From positions 72,908 to 136,907 of the forward strand of contig JACRFB010000031.1 in NCBI GenBank assembly GCA_016218045.1: a stretch of 64,000 nt of DNA, written 5' to 3'. Positions 17,639 to 27,634 of this stretch are shown here, in pieces. The stretch's first letter is position 1. The number at the start of each line of letters is the position of its first letter. Made by a program: the position numbers and the translations under genes. The notes beneath the pieces are model-generated. The model saw only the letters and a list, made by a program, of their open reading frames with translations, was not told where the DNA came from and made no database searches. Source of the stretch: Ignavibacteriota bacterium. GTDB lineage: Bacteria > Bacteroidota > Ignavibacteria > SZUA-365.

Positions 17639-18745
17639 CTAGAAATGATACGCGGCACCGCCCCCGAATATCACGTGTTTGCTGAGTCCCGCGCTGAGAA
17701 ACACATCCACCGGCCCGAACAGGGCCGCCACTCCAAGCGTCCCCTTCACGGTCAGATCGTCGAGACTGATGCTGGCCCTTTGGGGATCGATGTCGTAGCC
17801 GATCTGGTCCTTGATCGTCTGCGGCAGTGTGAATGTGTACGTGCCGGAAGACGAGAGGTACTCGATGGATATGCCGGCAAACGGCTCTATCCAATCGAAG
17901 CGGCGGCTGGCGTGGATGTTGGCCGAAAGCATGTCGGTGGCCGCGTCGAGTTTCGCGCGCGTCGTACCCACTGTGTTTTCGATGGTGGAATGTTCGTAAC
18001 TCACAAGCACCGCGAGATCGACAGGGAACGACTCGAGTCCGCCTAGACGCGGATTCGTGAGCGTGTTGCTGATGCTGTGACGCAGTGCCACACCGAAGAA
18101 CGAGAACTTGCCGATGTTTTTATCAAAGGTCACCGGGGGAATATAGCGGAGCAGCATGTCGGTGGAGGCAAACGTCCCGATGCGAAGCTGCGGAATGGCC
18201 GCGAAAACGGTGGATTGATTCGTGCCGTTGGTGAGCTGCAGCGAATCGGGCAGAAGCTTCAACTGATCGGGCGGAACGAACCACAGATATTCCTTCGGAA
18301 TGCGGAACCACGACCCCGTGCCTCCGAACACGGTCGCTGTGGTCAGTGTCGGCGACATTTTCCCGTCGCGCACGGCGGGTTCGAGCACGAGCGATTTGAA
18401 GGCCTTCAGCGTGTCGCTGTCGGTCGGTCTGACGGCGTAGGGAATGTGCCCCGTGTAGTTCCGCTGATCGTCGCGCACCCAGGTGTAGACGGTCTGTACC
18501 GAGAATTCGAAAGACAGACGGTCGGTTTTCTCGACATGGGCCGAGTGGTAGAAACCATGATTCGCTCCCACGTTCGACACGATGACGAGCGGTCCCATGA
18601 ACCCGCTTGCGTTCTCCCCGAAAAGCTGTAGCGAAAATTCCTCGAGCAGACGTTTGGTAAAACCCTGATCGAACTGCGCGCGCAGCGGAGCGGGGAGCAG
18701 AAGCACAAGAAGCAGCGCGCAGAGCGCCGGGATACGTCGTACCAT
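17639..18745 (-). CDS. DUF6588-like exported/outer-membrane protein
   Basis: Signal peptide; GFYHSA, TATVFGG, PQLRIG, LRYIPP, GVALRHS; C-terminal amphipathic strands ending AYHF. Paralogue of the neighbouring gene. Confidence 0.7.
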   Translation of the reverse strand: MVRRIPALCALLLVLLLPAPLRAQFDQGFTKRLLEEFSLQLFGENASGFMGPLVIVSNVGANHGFYHSAHVEKTDRLSFEFSVQTVYTWVRDDQRNYTGHIPYAVRPTDSDTLKAFKSLVLEPAVRDGKMSPTLTTATVFGGTGSWFRIPKEYLWFVPPDQLKLLPDSLQLTNGTNQSTVFAAIPQLRIGTFASTDMLLRYIPPVTFDKNIGKFSFFGVALRHSISNTLTNPRLGGLESFPVDLAVLVSYEHSTIENTVGTTRAKLDAATDMLSANIHASRRFDWIEPFAGISIEYLSSSGTYTFTLPQTIKDQIGYDIDPQRASISLDDLTVKGTLGVAALFGPVDVFLSAGLSKHVIFGGGAAYHF

Positions 18746-18765
18746 GATCGTGGCTTTCGTGGTTG

Positions 18766-19725
18766 TCAGAGATGCAATCCCGCGCCGAGTGTGAAGTTGT
18801 CCTGCACACCGAAACTGTATTCGGCGTTGACATCCACAAGTGGCAGGAAGGTGAGGGTGACGCCGATCGTGAAGCGGAAATTGACGCGTGCAAAATCGAG
18901 TTCGATGCTCTGCGGCGTGCGCAGTTCCGCGGGCAGATCGGGCGAGGTGGGCGTATAGGTGTACGCCACGCGGATGTCGTAACTCTCGTAACCGAAACCT
19001 CCGTACAGTTCCGCGATCGCGATGGGCAGACTCGCATGCACGTTCGCGTTCAGGTTCGAGACGTGCATGATGCGGCCGATCTCGAGCCGCTGCGCCGCGG
19101 CCATCACCGCGATGTCGAAGGGCAGGCGCAGGTAATTCGTCGGACTGTGTTTCACGCCGATGCCGACAAAGCTGATCTTTCCGATCTCGGGATCGAAGGT
19201 GATGGGCGGAATGCCGCGCACCATGATCTCCGTCGCCGCGACCGATCCGATCGTGGCGTGCGGCAGCATCACAAAGGTGCTGCGCAGCCCGTTGCCACGC
19301 GGCAGGGCGATGTCGGGATACGGGTTGCCGGACGGATCAACCTGTCCTGAATGAAGCACGGCGCCTTCACCCCCGAAAACCGTGGCCGTCGTCACACGCG
19401 CGGGATACCCCAGCGCGACGAGCGACGAGGGGAGCAGCGCGACAAAGGAGGCATCACTCTCGGGCACGTACGTCCAGACGCCGCGAAGACCGAACCAGAT
19501 GTTCAGTCCCGAATCCACGCGCGCGGAATGGTACAGCCCGCTGTTGAAGCTGTAGCCGATCGCGTCCGCGCCAGGACGCAGATAGTCGCGCGCCAGCGCC
19601 TCGACGCCGAGTGTGCGTATGAGGTCGCCCATCGACTGGGCGCGCGCGGCGGGCGCGAGGAGGAACATCAGCACTGCGGCGCCAAGGCGGAGCAGCAGCG
19701 CCCGCGATCCGCGCGTGGGATTCAT
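18766..19725 (-). CDS. DUF6588-like exported/outer-membrane protein
   Basis: Signal peptide; NSGLYHSA, TATVFGG, PHATIGS, VRGIPP, GIGVKHS; ends TLGAGLHL. Confidence 0.7.
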   Translation of the reverse strand: MNPTRGSRALLLRLGAAVLMFLLAPAARAQSMGDLIRTLGVEALARDYLRPGADAIGYSFNSGLYHSARVDSGLNIWFGLRGVWTYVPESDASFVALLPSSLVALGYPARVTTATVFGGEGAVLHSGQVDPSGNPYPDIALPRGNGLRSTFVMLPHATIGSVAATEIMVRGIPPITFDPEIGKISFVGIGVKHSPTNYLRLPFDIAVMAAAQRLEIGRIMHVSNLNANVHASLPIAIAELYGGFGYESYDIRVAYTYTPTSPDLPAELRTPQSIELDFARVNFRFTIGVTLTFLPLVDVNAEYSFGVQDNFTLGAGLHL

Positions 19726-20279
19726 GCGGTGTGTCCGAGTGCCTCGAAAATGCGTTCGGTGATTTCGGTGATGTCGCCGACACCGTCGACGTCACGCAGT
19801 ATGCCGAGTGTCTTGTAGTAGCCGATGAGCGGCTTCGTGGTCTCGTGATACACGTCGAGTCGGCGTGAGATCGTGTCGAAGGTGTCGTCGGAACGTCCAC
19901 GCTTCATGAGGCGGTCGATCAGCTTGTAATCGGGAACAAGCAGGTTGACGACCACGTCGAGAACGGCGCCGCGCTCTTTGAGCATCGTTGCAAGTTCGTC
20001 GGCCTGTGCCGTAGTCCGCGGGTAGCCGTCGAGCAGGAAACCCCGTGCCGCGTCCTCGTCGCCCAGTCGGTCGCGCACCATCGCGTTTGTCACGGCGTCG
20101 GGAACAAGCTCGCCCGCGTCCGAGTACCGCTTGGCCTCGATCCCGAGCGGCGTCTGCTTCGTGATGTTCGCCCTGAAAAGATCGCCGGTCGAAATATGCG
20201 GGATGGAGAAATGCGCCGCGACGTACGCGGCTTGCGTGCCTTTTCCGGCGCCCGGCGGGCCGAAGAGAATCAGGCGCAT
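19722..20279 (-). CDS. adk: Adenylate kinase (short-LID type)
   Basis: GPPGAGKGTQA, HISTGDLFR, GELVPD, LLDGYPRT, RGRSDD. GAGG precedes ATG 20279; GTG 20324 is an alternative start. Confidence 0.95.
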   Translation of the reverse strand: MRLILFGPPGAGKGTQAAYVAAHFSIPHISTGDLFRANITKQTPLGIEAKRYSDAGELVPDAVTNAMVRDRLGDEDAARGFLLDGYPRTTAQADELATMLKERGAVLDVVVNLLVPDYKLIDRLMKRGRSDDTFDTISRRLDVYHETTKPLIGYYKTLGILRDVDGVGDITEITERIFEALGHTA

Positions 20280-20412
20280 GCGAACCTCAGATTTGGTGGA
20301 TGCGGTGGTTGCGTGCTCCGTCACGAAGGAGTAGTGAAAAGTACGGATTTTTCTCCGGCCTATACAACTGGCCGGAACCCGTTCCGCATCCGATAATCCG
20401 AGCCCCCGCGCT

Positions 20413-20853
20413 TCAGCGGTGCAGGTACTTCACAAGACGGATGCTGTTCGAACGGCCCTGGCGGACGTCGTACTCCACTTCGTCCATCAATCGTTTCATC
20501 AGCACAATGCCCAGGCCTCCCTTGCGCGGCTTCAGGAAATACTCCCGCATGTCGGGCATCGTGTAATGTGTCGCATCAAAGCCGACACCGTTGTCGTGGA
20601 TCACGACTGTGAAGCGCAGGTCGTCGGACGTGCTGACGGTGAGGCGGATGCGCCCGTCGGGATTGTCGCGGTACGCGTGTTTGATGATGTTGGTGCAGGC
20701 CTCGTCAACCGCCAGCTCGATGTTCGATACGTCGTCGTCGCCGAAACCGAATGTGCGGGCGGCTTCGGAGACGAAACTCCTGGCCTGTTCCAGCAGCTCT
20801 GTTCTGCTGCTGATCTCCAGCGTGCGTTCGATGTGTGGAGTCGACGTTGTCAC
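20413..20853 (-). CDS. RsbW/SpoIIAB-type anti-sigma factor Ser kinase
   Basis: IELAVDEACTNIIKHAY, IHDNGVGFD, GGLGIVLMKRLMDEVEY. Confidence 0.92.
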   Translation of the reverse strand: MTTSTPHIERTLEISSRTELLEQARSFVSEAARTFGFGDDDVSNIELAVDEACTNIIKHAYRDNPDGRIRLTVSTSDDLRFTVVIHDNGVGFDATHYTMPDMREYFLKPRKGGLGIVLMKRLMDEVEYDVRQGRSNSIRLVKYLHR

Positions 20854-20871
20854 GGTCTGCTACCCGGTGAG

Positions 20872-21261
20872 TTACTCGCCCGTTCCGTGTTTCTGGTACG
20901 GGCTGTCCGCCGGATTGTTCCGGAATCGATCGATCGCCTCGGTTTCTTCGCTGTAAATCTCGTACAACATGGGGAAGCCGAGCAGGTCGAAGACGTTGTA
21001 CACACGCGGGGACATGCTCGTGAGCTTGATGTCGCCGCTGTTTTTGCGCACGTCCTCGATGAACTGCATCAGCACGCCCAGTCCCGCGCTGCTGATGTAG
21101 GCGAGATCGCGGAAATTGACGACCAGGTTGAACCGGCTGCTGTCGATGCTTTTTTGAAATGCATGTTCCAGATCAGGAGCGGTGTGCGCGTCCAGATATC
21201 CTTTGAGATCCAGGACCGTCACTCCTTCGATCTGTCGGATTCCGACCTTGAAATCGCTCAT
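20872..21261 (-). CDS. STAS-domain anti-sigma factor antagonist (RsbV/SpoIIAA-like)
   Basis: LKGYLDAHTA, YISSAGLG (phospho-acceptor Ser), VFDLLGF. Confidence 0.92.
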   Translation of the reverse strand: MSDFKVGIRQIEGVTVLDLKGYLDAHTAPDLEHAFQKSIDSSRFNLVVNFRDLAYISSAGLGVLMQFIEDVRKNSGDIKLTSMSPRVYNVFDLLGFPMLYEIYSEETEAIDRFRNNPADSPYQKHGTGE

Positions 21262-23468
21262 ACGGCTGAACCTCCTGATGCGGAATAATATCGTTCGTCA
21301 GTCATAGTCTCGTGTCGTGTCGTGGTGCCGTTCCAGCGGAGCACCAGCAGGGTCAGATCGTCGAGTGCTTCGCCGTTGCCGGTGAATCTGCGAACGGCGT
21401 CGATGATTGCCTCTCCAATGCTGCGCGCGCTTTCGCCCGCGTGTTTTTCCGCTATGTCGGCAAGACGTTCAAAATGGAACTCCTCGCCGTTTTTGTCCCG
21501 TGCTTCCGTCACACCGTCGGTGAAAAGCACGATCACGTCGCCGGGAGCCAGGACCAGCCCTTCCTCTTCGATGGAATCCGCGAACCTTTCGGTGGGGTCG
21601 AGTCCGAGTCCCATGCCGTTCGGTCGCAAATACCTGGAAGAGCCGCCGGAAATATACAGAAGAGGACAATGTCCCGCACGGGAAAATCGCACGGAGCCGC
21701 TCTGTATGTCGAGTACGGCGTAGAGCAGGCTGATGAACGATTTCCGGTCCATCGTCCTGCACAAGGTGTCGTTCATGCGACGGAGCAGCGCCCGCGTCGA
21801 GGTCATGTCGCCGCTCATCGACTGGAATATGCCCTTGACCTGGGCCATGTACAGCGCGGCCGATACGCCCTTGCCCGACACGTCGCCGATGGTGATGCCG
21901 AGCTGCCGTTCGTCGAGCGCGACCATGTCGTAGTAATCGCCGCCTACTTCGAAGGCCGGGATCGACTCGGCGTACACGTCGTATGTCTCGGCGATGGGAA
22001 GCAGGGAGGGAAGGAGGCTGCGCTGCATCTGCCGCGCAAGCAGCAGTTCCTGCTTGAACCGTTCGCGTGATAACGATTCCGCTATGAGCCGGCTGTTCTC
22101 GAGGGCCACCGACACGAGGTCGGCAAAGGCCGACGCGCCCTGAAGCAGATCCTTGTCGAATTCGTACGCGGTCTTTTTATGGATCGCAAGCAGTCCGACA
22201 ATGCCGCCGTACGCGTGCAGCGGCAGCAGCGCGAGTGTGCCGGCCGGCACCGCCGCGCCCGTGTGGTCGATGCGCCGGTCGCGTTGAAGGTCGTGAATCG
22301 TGACACCTTTCCCCGTTTCGAGGACGAGTGCGTGCAGCGGACGCCCGTCGCTCAAGCGCAGGGCGTTGCGCTGTTCCTCGCTCATGTTGCGGAGCGAGAC
22401 GGTGGTGGGCAGCGGCGTGCGCTCGAGCGCGGCTTCGCGGTCGGCGGGCCGCTCGGGCGTGTCGCGGTACACCTCGGCGGGGAACAGTTCGATCCACGCC
22501 GAACCGCCCTCCGTGATATCGAGCGCCAATTGTGTCGATGTCGAAAGCAGATCGTCGAGGTCGAACACTTCGGTCACAAGGCGGCTCATGTTCTGGAACG
22601 ACGAGATCTCAGCCTTCTTCCGGTCGAATTCCTTCGCCGTGGGAAGGTGCATGAGGGTGCTGGCGAACCCGAGTCCCATGTATATCGCGCCGAACAGCAT
22701 CGTGGTCGAGAAAAATGCGTCCATCACGGGATGGAAGTACGCCAGTGCCGATTTGTACACGTCGCTGTCGGCGGCGCTGAGATCGAACACGGAGGCGTCG
22801 ACCGCCAGGATGATGAAGAACACAAAGCCGAAAAACGAGAGTCCGAGATTGGCGAGTTTTTCGCGCCGGGTCAGCACCAGGATCCACGAGAACCGGAACG
22901 AATTCACCACCATCATCAACACGAGACCGAAGGACACAAAGATGTACGTGGCGCCGCCCTCTTCCTGCCGGATGGAGAGGATCGAAAAGACCAGCGCGTA
23001 GGCCGCAAAAAATCCGAGCATCACCAGGTAGTTGCGCCGGGTGTTGCGCCGGCGTTTGATGAAGATCAGCTCGGTGAACGTGAACAGGAGCAGGATCGAC
23101 GCGATGCCCGACGCGATGCCCATGATGAGGGTGACGATCACACTCGTAATGCCGTCGGGCACGAGCCGTCCGTCCATGTTTTCGAACGAGATCATGGAGC
23201 CGATGCGGAACAGTCCGAGGGTCACGAGCAGCACTGTCGCCGTGATGACGGTACTGCCGATCATCTGCACAGGATTTGGTTCGCCGTCCCGCTGACGGCG
23301 CGTCCAGGCCACCGCAAAGGTCCCAGCCCCGGCAAGCAGGAGCAGTCCGTGGAAGAGGTCGCCTCCGGCGGACGATCGCACCAGGGCCTGCCGCGCGATC
23401 ATGTAGACAAAATCGGCCGCGAAGGTCACACCCGAGAGCAGGAACAGTAGTCGGCGATTCAGTGTCAT
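21258..23468 (-). CDS. Multi-TM membrane SpoIIE/PP2C phosphatase with GAF domain (RsbU-like)
   Basis: About 8 hydrophobic segments in the N-terminal ~275 aa and a GAF region. PP2C motifs EVGGDYYD, GDVSGKG, RAGHCP, FTDGVTEA, DDLTL. Confidence 0.9.
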   Translation of the reverse strand: MTLNRRLLFLLSGVTFAADFVYMIARQALVRSSAGGDLFHGLLLLAGAGTFAVAWTRRQRDGEPNPVQMIGSTVITATVLLVTLGLFRIGSMISFENMDGRLVPDGITSVIVTLIMGIASGIASILLLFTFTELIFIKRRRNTRRNYLVMLGFFAAYALVFSILSIRQEEGGATYIFVSFGLVLMMVVNSFRFSWILVLTRREKLANLGLSFFGFVFFIILAVDASVFDLSAADSDVYKSALAYFHPVMDAFFSTTMLFGAIYMGLGFASTLMHLPTAKEFDRKKAEISSFQNMSRLVTEVFDLDDLLSTSTQLALDITEGGSAWIELFPAEVYRDTPERPADREAALERTPLPTTVSLRNMSEEQRNALRLSDGRPLHALVLETGKGVTIHDLQRDRRIDHTGAAVPAGTLALLPLHAYGGIVGLLAIHKKTAYEFDKDLLQGASAFADLVSVALENSRLIAESLSRERFKQELLLARQMQRSLLPSLLPIAETYDVYAESIPAFEVGGDYYDMVALDERQLGITIGDVSGKGVSAALYMAQVKGIFQSMSGDMTSTRALLRRMNDTLCRTMDRKSFISLLYAVLDIQSGSVRFSRAGHCPLLYISGGSSRYLRPNGMGLGLDPTERFADSIEEEGLVLAPGDVIVLFTDGVTEARDKNGEEFHFERLADIAEKHAGESARSIGEAIIDAVRRFTGNGEALDDLTLLVLRWNGTTTRHETMTDERYYSASGGSAV

Positions 23469-23564
23469 GGTTCAAGTATCGCGAATTTTGGGCGAACGTG
23501 AAAAACCTTCGGGCACATCCTCCCGTGTACGCGCGCGGAATGCGCTTGTTGCGTTCCCGGCGCC

Positions 23565-23593
23565 TTGACGAGGTGCGGCTTTCCGCGTATCTT
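23565..23593 (+). promoter_or_regulatory. Putative sigma70 promoter
   Basis: TTGACG-N17-TATCTT, 26 nt upstream of ATG 23620. Confidence 0.6.
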
Positions 23594-23619
23594 CCAACGA
23601 GGATCGACGCAGCCATTCC

Positions 23620-24630
23620 ATGCCCATACTCGACGTTCGTGACGTACACAAATGGTATCCGCTTCAGAACGGATGGACAGCGGCGTCCACCTCGTACCTG
23701 CGCGCGGTCGACGGGGTCACATTTACCATCGACAGGGGCCGTGTACTCGGACTCGCAGGCGAATCCGGTTGCGGAAAATCCACCCTTGCGCGGGTCGTGC
23801 TCCGGCTGGTCAAAGCAACAGCCGGATCTGTGTCCTTCGACGGCCTCGACGTGCTGGCCCTTCCGCGCGAGGAGCTGCGTCGCATCCGCAAGCGTATGCA
23901 GATCATCTTTCAGGATCCCTTCTCCTCCCTGAATCCGCGGCTCTCGATCGGGGCCATGCTGTCGGAAATTCTCCTTGTCCACGGCATCGCCGCGCGGGCG
24001 CGCGACACCGACGCGCGCATCGGCGCACTGCTCGAGACGGTCGGGCTCAACACCTTCCATGCACGCAGATATCCGCACGAGTTCTCGAGCGGCCAGCGGC
24101 AGCGTATCGGGATAGCACGCGCGCTGGCCGTCGAACCCGAGTTCATCGTGTGTGACGAGCCCGTGTCCGCGCTCGATGTATCGATTCAGGCGGCCATCAT
24201 CAATCTGCTGCTCGATCTCAAGGAAAAATTCGGACTGACCTATCTTTTTATTTCGCACGACCTGCACGTGCTCCGGCATATCGCCGACGATCTCGCCGTG
24301 ATGTATCTCGGACGCATCGTCGAGATTGGTCCGGCGGCCGCCGTCACAACCGAACCGCTTCATCCGTATTCGCGGGCGCTGGTGGCCAGCATGCCCGCGC
24401 CGGTGCCGGGCCGTCCTGTCGCGCATACCGTGCTGCATGGCGAAGCGCCGGGCGCCGTCGATATACCCGGGGGATGTCCCTTTCATCCCCGCTGCCCCGA
24501 GGCGCAGCCCGCGTGCGCCTTTGTGCAGCCACGGCTTGCGACGGTCGCGGAGGGACGTCTCGTCAGTTGCCTGCTCTATCCGCAATGCCACGAGGCGGGC
24601 GGGATTGCGCGCGCGGAGTCCGTGTCATGA
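23620..24630 (+). CDS. Oligopeptide/dipeptide ABC transporter ATP-binding subunit (OppF/DppF-like)
   Basis: GESGCGKST, QIIFQDPFSSLNPR, YPHEFSSGQRQR, CDEPVSALD and C-terminal GCPFHPRC (oligo_HPY). Confidence 0.93.
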   Translation: MPILDVRDVHKWYPLQNGWTAASTSYLRAVDGVTFTIDRGRVLGLAGESGCGKSTLARVVLRLVKATAGSVSFDGLDVLALPREELRRIRKRMQIIFQDPFSSLNPRLSIGAMLSEILLVHGIAARARDTDARIGALLETVGLNTFHARRYPHEFSSGQRQRIGIARALAVEPEFIVCDEPVSALDVSIQAAIINLLLDLKEKFGLTYLFISHDLHVLRHIADDLAVMYLGRIVEIGPAAAVTTEPLHPYSRALVASMPAPVPGRPVAHTVLHGEAPGAVDIPGGCPFHPRCPEAQPACAFVQPRLATVAEGRLVSCLLYPQCHEAGGIARAESVS

Positions 24631-24737
24631 CGGCATCACCCGCGCACGAACTTATTGTGCGCGGGATTTTTCCATGTAATGCGGACCGGAATTTTCCCGG
24701 CGGCCGCGGCGTTTTCTCCACCTAGAAATCCAACCGT

Positions 24738-25988
24738 ATGACCGATCGCGAGAACAGCGACTACACGACGCATCCTATTCCACCGCTCCGCCTTGATCTT
24801 GAACCGGTTCCCGTCGAATCGGAAGGCGAGCAGATCCTTATACTTCGTGATCCGAACGGATACAGCGAGCGTGTTCTCTCGCTTTCGCTGCAGGCGTGGA
24901 CGCTGATGCTCGCCTTCGATGGCGAGCTGAACGCGACACAACTCAGCGATCGCATCTTCGACGCCGATGCGGTGCGCCTGCCCGCGGAACAGATAGCCGG
25001 CCTCGCGCTCCTGCTCGACAACGCGGGATTCCTGCACAATCAGCGCTTTGAAGCACTCCGCGCCAGGGAAGACGCCGCGTTTGCGAAACTCACAGTGCGG
25101 CCTGCCGTCCACGCGGGACAATCGTATCCGTCGAAGGCGCCGGAACTGAAGGCGTTTTTTGATGCGCTGTTCGTGGATGCCGCCGCTTCCCAGCACGCGG
25201 CGCCGATCGGAATCCTGGCTCCACACATCGATCTGAAGATCGGTCCGCATGTGTACGTCCCCGCCTATGCATCGCTGCGCGACGCGGAACCCGACACCGT
25301 GGTCGTGCTGGGCACGAGTCACTACTCGAGCGAGGATCTGTTTCTCCTCACGGGAAAACACTTCGAAACGCCGCTCGGCGTCGCGCGATGTGACACGGAA
25401 CTTCTGTCGCTGCTGCGTGAAAAAACAGGCGACAAGTTCACCGGCCGTGATGCGGCCCACAGGCGCGAGCACTCTATCGAGTTCCAGATTCTTTTCCTGC
25501 AGCACGTCTTCCGCGAGCGTATGCCCCGCATCCTGCCCGTGCTCTGCACCTCCTTCGAATACACGCTCGAGTCGGGAGGACCGCAGGCCGATCCCCGGTA
25601 CCGGCGTTTTGTGTCCGGCTTCCGCGAGGCGCTCGTCGAGTCCGGCCGCCGTGTCGCGTACGTCGTAAGTGTCGACTGGTCGCATTTCGGCCGGAAATTC
25701 GGCGACACCGAAGACGCCGCCGCGCTGCTCGACAGCGTGCGGGCCTCCGACGCGCGGCAGCTCGACGCGCTCGCGCGGCTCGACTATCCCGATTTTGTGG
25801 CGCAGCTCCGTTCCACGATGAACGGCACGCGCATCGACGGATTCTCGTGTATCAGCACCTTCCTCGATATCGCCGTGCCCGACCGCGCGTCCCTGCTCGC
25901 CTACGACGTCTGGCACGAGGAAGAGCGCGCCTCGGCCGTCTCTTTCGCCGCGATGTCATTCTGGAGGGATCGAAATGGAGTTCATTGA
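24738..25988 (+). CDS. MEMO1-family protein (AmmeMemoRadiSam system protein B) with ~100-aa N-terminal extension
   Basis: RPAVHAGQSYP, LAPHID, LGTSH, FETPLG, HRREHSIEFQ, SVDWSHFG, SAVSFAA. Confidence 0.88.
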   Translation: MTDRENSDYTTHPIPPLRLDLEPVPVESEGEQILILRDPNGYSERVLSLSLQAWTLMLAFDGELNATQLSDRIFDADAVRLPAEQIAGLALLLDNAGFLHNQRFEALRAREDAAFAKLTVRPAVHAGQSYPSKAPELKAFFDALFVDAAASQHAAPIGILAPHIDLKIGPHVYVPAYASLRDAEPDTVVVLGTSHYSSEDLFLLTGKHFETPLGVARCDTELLSLLREKTGDKFTGRDAAHRREHSIEFQILFLQHVFRERMPRILPVLCTSFEYTLESGGPQADPRYRRFVSGFREALVESGRRVAYVVSVDWSHFGRKFGDTEDAAALLDSVRASDARQLDALARLDYPDFVAQLRSTMNGTRIDGFSCISTFLDIAVPDRASLLAYDVWHEEERASAVSFAAMSFWRDRNGVH

Positions 25989-26781
25989 CACCCACTGCCA
26001 TCTGTTCTGGGACGACTTTGTCGAGGACCTCGACGCGGTGCTTACGCGCGCGCGCGCGGCCGGCGTGGGGCGCTTCATCGTGCCCGCCACCACGCTCGAC
26101 ACCATGCGCAGCGCGGCCGATATCGCGGACAGGCATCAGGGCGTGTACGCGACCGCGGGCGTGCACCCGCACGACACGGCCGCGCTCCCCGACGGCGCGC
26201 TCGAGATGATCGAGGAACACGCGATGCGGAGGCGCTGCGTGGCCATCGGCGAGATCGGCCTCGACTACTACTACGACTACTCGCCGAAGGAACGGCAGTG
26301 GGAGGCCCTGCATGCGCAGCTCGCCCTCGCCCGACGGCTCGATCTGCCTGTCATCCTGCACAACAGGGAATCCGACGACGATCTGCTGGCGATATGCGCC
26401 GAACATCAGGATGGAGCGCTGCGCGGCCAGTTCCACTGCTTCTCATCCTCCCCCGCGTACGCCGAACGTGTGCTCGCGCTCGGGTTTCACATCTCCTTCA
26501 CAGGCAATGTGACGTATAAAAAGAGCACTCTGTCCGATGTTCTCGCACGAGTGCCCGACGACCGCATTCTTCTTGAAACCGACGCGCCGTTTATGGCCCC
26601 CGTGCCGCACAGGGGAACGAGAAACGAACCGGAGCGGATCCCGCTGATCGCGGCGAAGTTCGCGGAGCTGCGGGGCTGCAGTCTCGCACACGTCGCCGAA
26701 GTGACAACGCGCAACGCCGTGGAATTGTTCCGTCTACCCGACCTTACGCAACGGGTTGGACATGATGCCACGAGCGGCTAG
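25975..26781 (+). CDS. tatD: TatD family hydrolase/DNase
   Basis: IDTHCHL, GVHPH, IGEIGLDY, ILHNRES, HCFS, LLETDAP. Confidence 0.95.
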   Translation: MEFIDTHCHLFWDDFVEDLDAVLTRARAAGVGRFIVPATTLDTMRSAADIADRHQGVYATAGVHPHDTAALPDGALEMIEEHAMRRRCVAIGEIGLDYYYDYSPKERQWEALHAQLALARRLDLPVILHNRESDDDLLAICAEHQDGALRGQFHCFSSSPAYAERVLALGFHISFTGNVTYKKSTLSDVLARVPDDRILLETDAPFMAPVPHRGTRNEPERIPLIAAKFAELRGCSLAHVAEVTTRNAVELFRLPDLTQRVGHDATSG

Positions 26782-26790
26782 ATTGCCTGC

Positions 26791-27534
26791 ATGAACGCAA
26801 CGCCGCGCCTCCTCCGGGCCGAAGGCCTCAAGAAACGATACCGCAAGCGGTATGTCGTGAAGGGCGCCAGCGTGTCCGTGCAGCAGGGCGAGATCGTCGG
26901 TTTGCTCGGGCCCAACGGGGCGGGCAAGACCACCACGTTCTATATGATCACCGGGATGATCAAACCGACCGAGGGTGAGGTGTTCCTCGACGGCGAACGT
27001 ATCACGCCGCTGGCCATGTACAAACGGTCGCGCAAGGGCATCGGATATCTGCCTCAGGAGGCGTCGGTATTCCGCCAGATGACGGTGGAGGAAAACCTGC
27101 TCGCCATCCTTGAGGTGACCGGCGTCGGCCGGGACGAACGCAAGCGGCGCGCCGAGGAACTGATGGTCGATTTCAACATCGCGCACATTCGGAACAGCAA
27201 AGGATACATGTTGTCGGGCGGGGAAAGACGGCGCACCGAAATCGCGCGCGCCCTCACGACCAACCCGAGCTTCATCCTCCTCGACGAACCCTTCGCGGGC
27301 GTGGATCCCATCGCCGTCGAAGACATCATGCGCATCGTCATCGCGCTCAAACAGCGGAATATCGGTGTGCTGATCACCGATCACAACGTGCATGAGACAC
27401 TTTCCATCGTCGATCGCGCCTACCTGCTTTTCGACGGCGATATCCTCATGGAAGGCGATTCGGAAAAACTGGCAAACGACGCCGACGCGCGCCGCATCTA
27501 TCTCGGCGAAAGCTTCAAGCTCGATCGGTACTGA
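26791..27534 (+). CDS. lptB: LPS export ABC transporter ATP-binding protein
   Basis: [61 protein letters not shown]. Confidence 0.96.
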   Translation: MNATPRLLRAEGLKKRYRKRYVVKGASVSVQQGEIVGLLGPNGAGKTTTFYMITGMIKPTEGEVFLDGERITPLAMYKRSRKGIGYLPQEASVFRQMTVEENLLAILEVTGVGRDERKRRAEELMVDFNIAHIRNSKGYMLSGGERRRTEIARALTTNPSFILLDEPFAGVDPIAVEDIMRIVIALKQRNIGVLITDHNVHETLSIVDRAYLLFDGDILMEGDSEKLANDADARRIYLGESFKLDRY

Positions 27535-27634
27535 TCGGTATCCCCGGAAACTTCCCACCCTGATCCCGCGTTACGTGGTGAAGGGACGGGGCAATGTCCT
27601 CGCAACTTCGATAACACGAGAGAGGAGGTCGACC

